DNA from: a virus
DNA: 64,000 bases
Virus record (IMG/VR): IMGVR_UViG_3300045988_047309
Location: 2,082-66,081 of that record
Strand: one strand, 5' to 3'
Part shown: in pieces, positions 29,369-38,193 of the stretch
Layout of the letters: each line of letters opens with the position of its first letter
Numbering within the stretch: the first letter of the stretch is position 1
Made by a program: the position numbers and the translations under genes
Notes under the pieces: model-generated
Databases searched by the model: none
What the model was told of the DNA's origin: nothing
The model's input: the letters and a program-made list of their open reading frames with translations, nothing else

Positions 29369-29832
29369 AGCGGTGCATTAAGATAACCCCACAACAGACC
29401 AAGTACATAGCAATAGATGTGGACTCCAACTGCCATGCAAGGGAAGAAGATTCCAACACAGATATATAGGAGAATGGTGAGATTGTATCTTACCTTATTC
29501 TCCACGTATGGGGCGATAAAGCCCATGTAAGCATAGATAAAGCCGCTGAGACCGATGATTGGTGCGGAAGATGCAAAAGGATAGCTTACGGCTATGAGAT
29601 AGAATGCCAACATGTGTCCGATGCCACAAGGGATAGCTCGGTAACATTGGTGAAAGACGTAAAGGTTGACGGCTGCATGAAAGATGTTCTGATGGTAGAA
29701 AGGGTAGCTTAGTCGGTTCTGAATAGAACAACCATCAAAGAGACCCATGCCTTCATATCCTATGAGTGTGATACATGATATTATAACGTACCCTGTATAA
29801 AGTGCAATTTTCTCTGGCGAAGTTCGTAGCAT
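29353..29832 (-). CDS. rhomboid-family intramembrane serine protease
   Basis: 159 aa with six predicted TM helices. HQNIFHAAVN (H-x4-H-x3-N, as in GlpG TM2), IIGLSGFIYAYMG (GxSG catalytic Ser) and GVHIYCYVLGLLWG (catalytic His helix). Overlaps both neighbouring genes. Confidence 0.75.
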   Translation of the reverse strand: MLRTSPEKIALYTGYVIISCITLIGYEGMGLFDGCSIQNRLSYPFYHQNIFHAAVNLYVFHQCYRAIPCGIGHMLAFYLIAVSYPFASSAPIIGLSGFIYAYMGFIAPYVENKVRYNLTILLYICVGIFFPCMAVGVHIYCYVLGLLWGYLNAPLCQDK

Positions 29833-30236
29833 CTCTTCTTCTCCTCCTTTCTCACCCGATGAAGTATGACGTGCATGGATTTAGGAGTGAGATAGAAACT
29901 CGGTGCTTCCTGATTGCACACATGCCATATTACATCCATCTTTGTGAGAGAAGGATGCTCCTTAGAATAAATCTTGTATCTACGGAAAATCTCCTGAAAC
30001 ATCTCTCTTTTCTGAGAGTTCATGTTGCTGATGGACTTACCGTTGAGCATATTGAGAATAACGTTGTATGCCCGATCTACCGATACCCAAAAGCGTTTGC
30101 TCGGAGATTGCAACAGTCTTCGCTCAATCTCCAAGAGGCCGATATTGTCTCTTACCGATATAACTTCCTTGTAAGCCCTCAATATGTCAGCATCACGTTC
30201 CTTAGTAAAGTCACATCGTGAGCCTTTATGTTTCAT
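29781..30236 (-). CDS. hypothetical protein in terS position (possible small terminase subunit)
   Basis: Starts MKHKGSR, directly behind a TATCTTTG box. First gene of the terL operon. No diagnostic motif was recognised. Confidence 0.3.
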   Translation of the reverse strand: MKHKGSRCDFTKERDADILRAYKEVISVRDNIGLLEIERRLLQSPSKRFWVSVDRAYNVILNMLNGKSISNMNSQKREMFQEIFRRYKIYSKEHPSLTKMDVIWHVCNQEAPSFYLTPKSMHVILHRVRKEEKKRCYELRQRKLHFIQGTL

Positions 30237-30247
30237 CGTATATGATG

Positions 30248-30255
30248 CAAAGATA
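30248..30255 (-). promoter_or_regulatory. Bacteroidota -7 promoter box (TATCTTTG, minus strand)
   Basis: The + strand reads CAAAGATA, 12 nt upstream of the ATG at 30236. Part of a divergent promoter region. Confidence 0.5.
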
Positions 30256-30338
30256 CAAAAATGTATTGAAATAACCAAATTAATCGGATATGATTAAGTA
30301 TAGTTAACGGATAAGATTAATAATAATCTGAAAAGCGT

Positions 30339-30346
30339 TACTTTTG
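30339..30346 (+). promoter_or_regulatory. Bacteroidota -7 promoter box (TACTTTTG)
   Basis: TAnnTTTG, 32 nt upstream of the ATG at 30378. Confidence 0.5.
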
Positions 30347-30377
30347 GACGTTGATTTATAAATTTATACATATATAT

Positions 30378-31193
30378 ATGAACGAAAATGTAAATACAGA
30401 GCAGAATGCTGGTGCTGCAAAACAGCAAGACACCAAGACCAAGAAGGACTTGGCTTTGGAGCGTTTGAAGGTTAGGCATCCTGACACCGAGTATGCAGAC
30501 GATGAGTCTATCTACGGAGCTATCAATGACGATTACGATGCCGACCAGAAGGCCTTGCAGGGTTACAAGGATAATGAGAAGGCGATGGGCGAGTGGCTTG
30601 GCAGCGACCCTGAGGCAGCCGCCTTCCTTCAAGCGATGAAGGCAGGCAAGAGTCCTTACGCAGAGTTGATTCGCACGCATGGCGAGGATGCCATAGACTA
30701 CTATTCGGACCCAGACAATGCAGACGAGATTGCAGCGGCTCAGTCGGAGTTCCTGAAGAATGCCGCCAACGGCAAGAAGTTGCAGGAGGAGTACGACAAG
30801 AACATGCCATCCAGCTATGAAGTCTTTGACAAACTGGAAGAGAAGTATGGCGAGGAAGCGGTAAACGAAGCTATCGACCAATGTTTCCAGACTATGCGCA
30901 ATGTGGTGACAGGTAAGTTTACAGAGGAGATGATTACTGCATTCATCAAGGCAAAGAACCACGATACCGATGTGGCCGATGCCGCTCACGAAGGCGAGGT
31001 TCGTGGCAAGAACAGCAAGCACGTCAAGAACTTGGAGCTTCGCAAGAAGGGCGATGGCACTGCCGAACTTGATTCTGCCAATGCAGAGACCAAGCCAACG
31101 GATAACCAGCCAGACCTTGGTGCGCTTGATAGGGCATCACGCAGAGGAAACATTTGGCAGCGTGGGCACGAGAAAAGAACACGTATTCGATAA
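30378..31193 (+). CDS. putative scaffolding protein
   Basis: Starts MNENVN. Acidic and helical, directly upstream of the capsid gene. The C-terminal NIWQRGHEKRTRIR motif is shared with ORF 36016. Confidence 0.5.
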   Translation: MNENVNTEQNAGAAKQQDTKTKKDLALERLKVRHPDTEYADDESIYGAINDDYDADQKALQGYKDNEKAMGEWLGSDPEAAAFLQAMKAGKSPYAELIRTHGEDAIDYYSDPDNADEIAAAQSEFLKNAANGKKLQEEYDKNMPSSYEVFDKLEEKYGEEAVNEAIDQCFQTMRNVVTGKFTEEMITAFIKAKNHDTDVADAAHEGEVRGKNSKHVKNLELRKKGDGTAELDSANAETKPTDNQPDLGALDRASRRGNIWQRGHEKRTRIR

Positions 31194-31245
31194 TGCGATA
31201 AGATAAAAAGACAATTTATATGTTTAATTAATATTCAGAATAACA

Positions 31246-32787
31246 ATGAAGAAAAGTACATTTAATCGGCTGCTTTCCATTTTTCTGATGGTAATGGCGG
31301 TTATTTTTGGAGTGAATGGTCAGGTCGTTATGGCTGAGGCGGTTCTGCCTGATGGCGGTACGACCGAGGGTGGACATGCCGCTGAGGCTGGCGGTGCTAC
31401 TGCTGCCGAAGAAGCTGGCAATGGCGGTGCGGCTCGTCAGGATGACGGTATAGCAACCGAAGGCAAAGGTCGTGAACACTTCAATGAGAACGGCACGGAG
31501 TTCTACGAGAACGACATCAACGACAAGATTACGAAGATTCGTCCGATGGCCACTCCTGTTGACCAGATTTCACGTTATGCGACAACCAAGTCAGCCAGTT
31601 CGTTCGTAGTAGAATACTGGAGTATCGGTACACGTCCTATCAAGACCACCGTGAAGGAAACAACCGTAGAGAGTACAGGCACCTCTATGGTGTTGAAGGT
31701 TGAGGACCCAGAAATGTTTACACTGGATGATACCATCCGAGTGGTAGGTGTGAAGGCAATTACCAACTACAAGAACCAGGCTTACGCAGACCTTACCGAT
31801 GAGCCAACTCCAGATTTGGAACTCTGTGTGTGCGGTAAGGATAATGAGGGTTATCCTATCGTGTATGCAGTAAATGGTAAGTTGGTTAATAAGCAGCCTA
31901 TTGGTATTCCTGCACTACAGAAGGGACAGAAGCTCATCCGTATGGCGAAGAGTTGCGGTGAGTTGGACGTACAGACAGGTCGTTTCAACAACCTTCCTGC
32001 TTCTGAGATTCAGTACTGCCAGAACTTCATGATTCAGATTGAAGAGAGTACCTTCAATAAGATTGCCGCTAAGCGAGTGGATTGGGACTTCTCAGACATC
32101 GAGGAAGACAGCATCTATGACATGCGTCTTGCGATGGAGGGCACTTATCTCTTTGGCGATATGGGCTGTATCAAACATACCACCAAGAACAACTCAGCCC
32201 AGTGGTTTACCAAGGGTATCTGGTGGATGGCTGGCAAGGACATCGAGGTAGGCCATGTTGCTACAGCCGATGACATGAAGAAGGGCTACAACAAGAATGA
32301 GCGAGTGATTACCGACTTGGAGTTGGTTGACATTTCCAAGGACTTGTTTGTGGGTACAGGTATCGGCAACAAGCGCAAGGTGATTATCGCAGGTTCAGGC
32401 TTCGTGAGCGCATTCAGTAAGATTGATTCTGACAAGTTCCGTCTGAAAGACACCGTAGAGGTTTGGGACCTGAAGTTCAAGAGTTGGGAGACCGACTTCG
32501 GTGAGGTGCTGATGATTCACTCAGAGCTGTTCGACCTCTTTGATATGAGCGACTGCGGCTTTGCCATTGACCCAGAGTTCCTGGTTAAGCGAGTACACCT
32601 GTCTTGGACTCGTAACGTACTCGACCTGAAGAAGGCTGGCATCCGTAACACCGATGCAGTAGTCATCCAGGAGGTTGCCTGTCTCTACTTGAAGTACCCT
32701 AAGGCACACGCTCGTATGCGCCTTGCTGCCGTGTCTGCCGCAGAAGGTACATCTGACACTGGTGAGAACAAGGACACCAATGTCTAA
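31246..32787 (+). CDS. major capsid protein (start uncertain: 31246 or 31330)
   Basis: 513 aa, after the scaffold gene and before a strong terminator. ...IRPMATPVDQISRY...VVEYWSIG... is typical of Bacteroidota-phage HK97-fold coat proteins. The N-terminal 25 aa are hydrophobic. Confidence 0.7.
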   Translation: MKKSTFNRLLSIFLMVMAVIFGVNGQVVMAEAVLPDGGTTEGGHAAEAGGATAAEEAGNGGAARQDDGIATEGKGREHFNENGTEFYENDINDKITKIRPMATPVDQISRYATTKSASSFVVEYWSIGTRPIKTTVKETTVESTGTSMVLKVEDPEMFTLDDTIRVVGVKAITNYKNQAYADLTDEPTPDLELCVCGKDNEGYPIVYAVNGKLVNKQPIGIPALQKGQKLIRMAKSCGELDVQTGRFNNLPASEIQYCQNFMIQIEESTFNKIAAKRVDWDFSDIEEDSIYDMRLAMEGTYLFGDMGCIKHTTKNNSAQWFTKGIWWMAGKDIEVGHVATADDMKKGYNKNERVITDLELVDISKDLFVGTGIGNKRKVIIAGSGFVSAFSKIDSDKFRLKDTVEVWDLKFKSWETDFGEVLMIHSELFDLFDMSDCGFAIDPEFLVKRVHLSWTRNVLDLKKAGIRNTDAVVIQEVACLYLKYPKAHARMRLAAVSAAEGTSDTGENKDTNV

Positions 32788-32823
32788 AAGCAAGTAGATT
32801 TACAGATAGTCATTAAATAGTGA

Positions 32824-32855
32824 GGGGTGTGGGCACTTGCCCCATCCCTTTTTTT
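32824..32855 (+). terminator. rho-independent terminator after capsid gene
   Basis: GC-rich imperfect hairpin GGGGTGTGGGC/GCCCCATCCC followed by T7. Confidence 0.75.
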
Positions 32856-32883
32856 AGTAACACATATATAATAAGATATAATC

Positions 32884-33291
32884 ATGTTTAAGAAATATCA
32901 AGCAGGTACAGATTTAGCATTTAGTGTCATGGTAGGCGATGAGAGAATGCGTATTATTTTCGAGGGCAAGACCATGGGCTGTAGTGTCTATATGACAAGA
33001 GACCCAAAGGTACAGAAGGCCATTGAGTCCCACTATTGGTACAAAGACAAATTCTTCTTGGTAGAGAGTGTTGACGAGAAGAAGGAAGCCGCAGAGGCCA
33101 AGAAGAAGGCCGATGCCAAGGCCAAGAAGAAAATGGCTGACGAGAAGAAGACTCACGTAGTGACAGACGTTGAGGATGCCAAGGACTATTTAGCTGAGAC
33201 CTTTGGAGTGAGCCGTTCAAAGATGAAGACCAAGGAAGACATCTTGGCCATCGCCAAGGAAAAGGGTGTTGAATTAGAAGGACTGGAGTAA
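32884..33291 (+). CDS. hypothetical head-associated protein with Lys/Ala linker and C-terminal Rho-N/HeH-like helix pair
   Basis: 135 aa. Contains KKEAAEAKKKADAKAKKKMADEKK, then SKMKTKEDILAIAKEKGVELEG. Confidence 0.5.
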   Translation: MFKKYQAGTDLAFSVMVGDERMRIIFEGKTMGCSVYMTRDPKVQKAIESHYWYKDKFFLVESVDEKKEAAEAKKKADAKAKKKMADEKKTHVVTDVEDAKDYLAETFGVSRSKMKTKEDILAIAKEKGVELEGLE

Positions 33292-33947
33292 TGAGAACGT
33301 ATGCTGTATCTGAACTGGTGAAAGAAGTAAAGGTACTCCTTGACAGGAACCAGGAGTCCGCTGGACTGCTGACTCCTGGCGATACCGATACGCTATCACA
33401 GGGCGAGTTGATTCAGAGTAAGATAGTAGATGCAGCAAGAATCATATTGATGGATGCTCCTGCCTTCATGCTGGACGGAAAGGACTACAATGGGCTGAAT
33501 ACATCTTGGGCAGAATCAGATGGTGCTTATGTAGGAACCACCCATCTACCTTCCGACATGATCAGACTCCTTAACGTGAAGGCCAGTGACTGGAACCGCT
33601 CGGCAGAGATCATCACAGAGGAGGATGATGCCTACAAGGTACAGTGTAGCCGATTCGGAGTAAGAGGAAACCCAGAGCGACCTGTCGCTGCACTCATCCA
33701 TAGAAGTGGCGAGCGACTCTTGGAGCTATTCACAAGCAAGAGCAATACCGCCACCGTGTCGCTCACCTATGTCGGTATGCCTTCTATCAGTGAAGGCAAT
33801 ATCGATTTGCCCGAAACATTGAAGGACTCCATCATATATATGGCTGGCTATCTTACTTGCATCAGTCTTGGCGATACCGACACCGCAAGCGGATTTCTCG
33901 GAGTGGCCAGAAAACTGGCGCATATTGTTGAACCTACGACATCATAA
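33291..33947 (+). CDS. hypothetical head-completion/connector-type protein
   Basis: 218 aa. TAATG overlap with the previous gene. Lies between the capsid and portal genes. Confidence 0.45.
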   Translation: MRTYAVSELVKEVKVLLDRNQESAGLLTPGDTDTLSQGELIQSKIVDAARIILMDAPAFMLDGKDYNGLNTSWAESDGAYVGTTHLPSDMIRLLNVKASDWNRSAEIITEEDDAYKVQCSRFGVRGNPERPVAALIHRSGERLLELFTSKSNTATVSLTYVGMPSISEGNIDLPETLKDSIIYMAGYLTCISLGDTDTASGFLGVARKLAHIVEPTTS

Positions 33948-33950
33948 ATT

Positions 33951-35987
33951 ATGGCAAAGAAGAAAGAAGAAACCAAACTGCTATCATTGAGCAGGGTGCT
34001 TGACAAGGAAGAACTGGATAGCGTGAAAGCATCCAAGAGCCGATTTGACAAGCCATACGAGCGTGCCTTCTCTATCTTGCTGGAGGCCCAACGATACTAC
34101 AACAACATGGATAACTTCCGAAAGCGAAGACTGAGAAACAAGCGATACTGCTATGGAGACCAGTGGGGCGATACCATTACGTTTAAAAACAAGTGTGGCT
34201 TCAAAAAACGTATCAAGGAGGAAGACTATATCCGTGAGCAGGGCAGTGAGCCGTTGAAGAGTAACCTTATCAGAAGATTGGTGAAAAACGTGCTGGGAGT
34301 ATATCGCTCACAGAGCAAGGAGCCAACCTGTAACGCAAGAGATAAGGACGAGAAGCGATATGGCGAGACCATGAGCGTGGTGCTGCAATGCAACCGACAA
34401 CTGAACAGAGAGTCGGAGCTGGATGCCCGAACCATGGAAGAGTTCCTGATAAGCGGTGCCGCTATCTATAAGAAAAAATACGGATGGCGAAGAGGCAGGT
34501 TGGATTGCTGGACGGACTACGTGAACCCAAACAATTTCTTCATAGACAACAATATGAGGGATTTCCGTGGATGGGACGTAAGCTGTTTGGGCGAGGTACA
34601 CGACATCACCATCGGCAATGTGCTGAGAGAGTTTGCCAAGTCTCCTGCTGAGGCTCGTAAGTTGAAGGAGATATATCGGTTGGCGGCTAACCGTGATTTC
34701 GTGATTGCAGACTGCACCCAGCGATTCGGAGAGTTCGACCCCAAGACCATCGACTTTATGAATCCTGCCAACCCATCTCTTTGTCGAGTGATTGAGGTGT
34801 GGCGCAAGGAAAGCAAGCCCAGATACCGATGCCACGACTACAACAATGGCGATGATTTCAAGATAGACATTGAAGACAAGGCCGACATTGTAGATGCCGA
34901 GAATAGAGATAGATTACGTAGAGGTCTGGCCGCTGGCATGCAGGAGGAGGATATTCCTCTGATTGATGACGAGTGGTTTATGGACGATTACTGGCATTTC
35001 TACTACCTTTCCCCATTCGGTGATATACTGAGAGAGGGTGAGACCCCTTATGCACACGGCGAGCATCCTTACTGCTTTAAGTTCTATCCATTCATTGACG
35101 GAGAGATTCACAGCTTCGTGGAAGATGTGATTGACCAGCAGAGATACGTGAACCGACTTATCACGATGTACGACTTCATTATGAGGGCGAGTGCAAAGGG
35201 TGTGCTGCTCTGTCCTGATGACTGCCTCCCTGATGATATGAGTTGGGATGATTTCTGCGATGAGTGGAGTAGATTTAACGGAGTAGTGAGGTACAAGCCC
35301 AACACAAGCGGTCAGGTTCCTCAGCAAGTGGCGAACAACTCTACGAACATAGGCATCGGTGATTTGCTCAGTTATCAGTTGAAGTTCTTTGAGGATATAT
35401 CAGGAGTGACAGGAGCGTTGCAAGGAAAGCAAGGAGCATCGGGAACGAGCGGTTCGCTCTATGCCCAGCAGACACAGAACGCCACCATGTCGCTGCTTGA
35501 TATTTTGGAGAGTTTCAGTCAGTTTGTCATTGACGGTGCGTACAAGACAGTGAAGAACATGCAGCAGTACTATGACGTGGCCCGCAATTTCAATATCGTT
35601 GGCAGGGCAGGGCAGATAGTGCGCTACGATCCTAAGAAGATACGAGACGTGGAGTTTGACATCAATATCACGGAAAGCACGGCTACACCCGTATATAGAC
35701 AGATGGCCAACGAGTTCCTTATGACCTTGTGGCAGAATCAGGCTATCACGTTGGAGCAGTTGTTGCAAGTAGGAGACTTCCCATTTGGCGAGGAGCTGTT
35801 GCAATCGGTAGCATCCAACCAGCAAGCCATTCAGAATGGCGAGACCCCACAAGGATTCTCTCCTCAGTTGCAAGCACAAGTGGCTCAGGCATCACAGAGC
35901 AATCCGAAGGCCCAGGCGATGCTACAGCAGATGATGAGTGGTCAGGGAGTGAGTCCTGACGGACAGACCCCACCGCTTGCAGCTTAA
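33951..35987 (+). CDS. portal protein
   Basis: 678 aa. ...AQRYYNNMDNFRKRRLRNKRYCYGDQWGD... (portal Y.GdQW signature), with a Q-rich C-terminal tail. Confidence 0.75.
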   Translation: MAKKKEETKLLSLSRVLDKEELDSVKASKSRFDKPYERAFSILLEAQRYYNNMDNFRKRRLRNKRYCYGDQWGDTITFKNKCGFKKRIKEEDYIREQGSEPLKSNLIRRLVKNVLGVYRSQSKEPTCNARDKDEKRYGETMSVVLQCNRQLNRESELDARTMEEFLISGAAIYKKKYGWRRGRLDCWTDYVNPNNFFIDNNMRDFRGWDVSCLGEVHDITIGNVLREFAKSPAEARKLKEIYRLAANRDFVIADCTQRFGEFDPKTIDFMNPANPSLCRVIEVWRKESKPRYRCHDYNNGDDFKIDIEDKADIVDAENRDRLRRGLAAGMQEEDIPLIDDEWFMDDYWHFYYLSPFGDILREGETPYAHGEHPYCFKFYPFIDGEIHSFVEDVIDQQRYVNRLITMYDFIMRASAKGVLLCPDDCLPDDMSWDDFCDEWSRFNGVVRYKPNTSGQVPQQVANNSTNIGIGDLLSYQLKFFEDISGVTGALQGKQGASGTSGSLYAQQTQNATMSLLDILESFSQFVIDGAYKTVKNMQQYYDVARNFNIVGRAGQIVRYDPKKIRDVEFDINITESTATPVYRQMANEFLMTLWQNQAITLEQLLQVGDFPFGEELLQSVASNQQAIQNGETPQGFSPQLQAQVAQASQSNPKAQAMLQQMMSGQGVSPDGQTPPLAA

Positions 35988-36015
35988 TTCAGTTATTCAT
36001 TAAATAGATAATAGT

Positions 36016-36237
36016 ATGATAGCAGACAAACCAAGCGACAATGAGTGGTATGGCAACGGAAACCCCGATACCAGCCAAGGCAGCAACCCCAATAACGGAA
36101 TAGCTACGGAGACCCAAGGCAGGGAAGCTAAGCCCGAACTTTACGAGAATGATGTATTCGGCAAGGTGTCGAAACGTAAGAAGAACGACATCTGGGCGAG
36201 GGGCAAAGAGAAACGAACCAGATTTAAGGACGAATAA
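36016..36237 (+). CDS. 73-aa protein combining a capsid-N-terminus-like motif and a scaffold-C-terminus-like motif
   Basis: NNGIATETQGREAKPELYENDVFGKVSK vs capsid DDGIATEGKGREHFNENGTEFYENDINDKITK. NDIWARGKEKRTRF vs scaffold GNIWQRGHEKRTRI. Confidence 0.6.
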   Translation: MIADKPSDNEWYGNGNPDTSQGSNPNNGIATETQGREAKPELYENDVFGKVSKRKKNDIWARGKEKRTRFKDE

Positions 36238-36332
36238 AGAAAGGAGGTGTTTTTATCGTAACTGTATTTGTCTGACACTCAGATAGCTACAGAGATATTT
36301 ATGAGTTTATGGTGCTGTGTTAAAGATATTCC

Positions 36333-36340
36333 TATCTTTG
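36333..36340 (+). promoter_or_regulatory. Bacteroidota -7 promoter box (TATCTTTG)
   Basis: 31 nt upstream of the ATG at 36371. Confidence 0.5.
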
Positions 36341-36370
36341 CAGCATCATAAACTTTTAAATTTAACAGGT

Positions 36371-36856
36371 ATGAATTTCGTAGAGTTTGTCGAAAAGTAT
36401 CAACAGGATATGACTCCTGAACAGATGTTGAGTATAGCCAAGGCTATCGGTAAGTATCTCTCGTGCAAGTTGAGCGATGCAGAGGTGCATCATCTATGTG
36501 CGATGGTGCATGGCGTATTGAGTGAAGAACATTTTGACAAGTACTTTGCCGATGATGCTATCAGTAAGATGTGGTATGAGGATGCAGACGGAACCAGGCA
36601 CACGGCACCTTTCTTTACGGACGAAGAGATAAAGGAGGTCTTCGATGAACACAAGGATGACATATCAGACTATACCATCCATGACTTGGCAGTAACCATG
36701 AATTTGCTGAGGAGCGACCATCATGTTCTGCTGGAGCGGTACAGTGAGGATGCAGAGGAGTTGAAAGAAATGGTGGTGTTGATGGCAATAGAATACCTCC
36801 AAGACCCTGACTGTCTGTACCCAACGAGCAAGATATGGCACAACATTAACGGATAA
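36371..36856 (+). CDS. hypothetical protein, paralogue of 21045..21473
   Basis: Starts MNFVEF after the promoter box. Shares the motif pattern of ORF 21045. Confidence 0.6.
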   Translation: MNFVEFVEKYQQDMTPEQMLSIAKAIGKYLSCKLSDAEVHHLCAMVHGVLSEEHFDKYFADDAISKMWYEDADGTRHTAPFFTDEEIKEVFDEHKDDISDYTIHDLAVTMNLLRSDHHVLLERYSEDAEELKEMVVLMAIEYLQDPDCLYPTSKIWHNING

Positions 36857-36880
36857 GATGATGAATTGGAAGACATAACT

Positions 36881-36888
36881 TATCTTTG
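36881..36888 (+). promoter_or_regulatory. Bacteroidota -7 promoter box (TATCTTTG) of lysis cassette
   Basis: 32 nt upstream of the holin ATG at 36920. Confidence 0.5.
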
Positions 36889-36919
36889 CGTATTATTAAT
36901 ATTTTATAAAAGATAAGTT

Positions 36920-37183
36920 ATGACTCCAAATGTACGTGAAGGATTGCAATATGGTGCAGCTATAGGAATGCTTTTGAGCGGTGTTGTGCTCACCTTCCTA
37001 TCGTTCTTTCTCAACAATTATGTAGTGTCGGAAGGCGTGCTGTGGTACGTCAGCCAGACACTGGTTTACTCAGGAGCGATATTCGGAGTAAACGTTTATT
37101 TCAAGACCAAGTTGGGCAACTTTGAGAGCAAAGTAAAAGGAGAACTTGCAAGTATGATAAAACAAGTGAAGGAGGGTAAGTAA
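36920..37183 (+). CDS. holin (two TM helices)
   Basis: 87 aa with two hydrophobic helices and a charged C-terminus. TAATG overlap with the endolysin gene. Confidence 0.65.
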   Translation: MTPNVREGLQYGAAIGMLLSGVVLTFLSFFLNNYVVSEGVLWYVSQTLVYSGAIFGVNVYFKTKLGNFESKVKGELASMIKQVKEGK

Positions 37184-37731
37184 TGAAGGTAACAAGAGAA
37201 CAGGTTTTGGCTATCATGCCGAATGCAAAGGACAGGGTGGATGCTTTTCTTCCCTATATCAATGGTTATGCAGAGGTTTTTCATATTGATACTGCCCAGC
37301 GAATGGCCCACTTCCTGGCTCAGATAGCACATGAGAGTGGCGAACTGAGATACACCAAGGAACTCGGCAACAAAAACTACTTTCACAAGTATGATGTCGG
37401 GAAGTTGAAGAACATGCTCGGGAACCTGAAAGATGGAGACGGTTACAAGTATCGTGGTAGAGGATTGATTCAGATCACAGGCAGAGCCAACTATCAGGCT
37501 TTTCAGAACAGCAAGTATTGCTCTGACGATATTATGGAAAACCCCAAGCTGTTAGAGCTTCCCCTATTGGCAACCAAGAGTGCGATGTGGTGGTGGTGGA
37601 AACACGGTCTGAACAAACTGGCTGACAGTGATTGTATTGTGGCTATCACCAAGACTATCAATGGAGGGACCAACGGATTGGAATCAAGACGAAAGTTCCT
37701 TGCAAGAGCAAAGAAAGTTTTCAAAGTTTAG
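37183..37731 (+). CDS. endolysin, glycoside hydrolase family 19 (chitinase-like lysozyme)
   Basis: FLAQIAHESGELRY...YRGRGLIQITGRANY...TINGGTNGLESRR are classic GH19 phage lysin motifs. Confidence 0.85.
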   Translation: MKVTREQVLAIMPNAKDRVDAFLPYINGYAEVFHIDTAQRMAHFLAQIAHESGELRYTKELGNKNYFHKYDVGKLKNMLGNLKDGDGYKYRGRGLIQITGRANYQAFQNSKYCSDDIMENPKLLELPLLATKSAMWWWWKHGLNKLADSDCIVAITKTINGGTNGLESRRKFLARAKKVFKV

Positions 37732-37734
37732 CCT

Positions 37735-38193
37735 ATGAAGACAAAGTGGTATGATTGGCAAGTAGCACCCTGCGTGATAAGCCTCTTGTTGGCGGTGTTT
37801 CTTCTGTCGGGATGCAAAACGAAGTACATTCCGATAGAAAAAGTTGTATATCAGAATGCGATAAAGCACGATACGCTGCATACTTCTGACAGCGTTTTCG
37901 TGCGTGATTCTGTATATCTCAGGCAAAAGGGAGATACGTGTTATCTTGACCGATGGCATGAGAAAACCGTCTTTAAGAATGTGTATATAGTAAAGGTGGA
38001 TTCCTTCATGAAAAGAGATTCCATCCCAGTGCCCTATCCAGTAGAAAAGCAACTCTCCAAATGGGAGCAGATTCAGTTGAAGTATGCAGTGTGGTCGTTT
38101 GGCGCACTCTGCATGCTGCTTATCATATTAGGTTATAAACTCTATAAAAAGATAAAGAATGGCAGATTTCACATTAACAATCAAGAAAAATGA
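37735..38193 (+). CDS. unimolecular spanin candidate (lipoprotein with C-terminal TM anchor)
   Basis: Lipobox LLSGC at aa 23-27 and a C-terminal TM helix AVWSFGALCMLLIILGY. Immediately after the endolysin gene. Architecture as in T1 gp11. Confidence 0.6.
   Translation: MKTKWYDWQVAPCVISLLLAVFLLSGCKTKYIPIEKVVYQNAIKHDTLHTSDSVFVRDSVYLRQKGDTCYLDRWHEKTVFKNVYIVKVDSFMKRDSIPVPYPVEKQLSKWEQIQLKYAVWSFGALCMLLIILGYKLYKKIKNGRFHINNQEK

Noticed and set aside
30294-31022. 242-aa minus-strand ORF
   Set aside because: It is an antisense shadow of the scaffold gene. It would run through the divergent promoter region.
34308-35879. Minus-strand ORFs within the portal gene (34308..34835, 34914..35327, 35400..35879)
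   Set aside because: They are shadow ORFs. The + strand carries the portal signature and is continuous for 678 codons.
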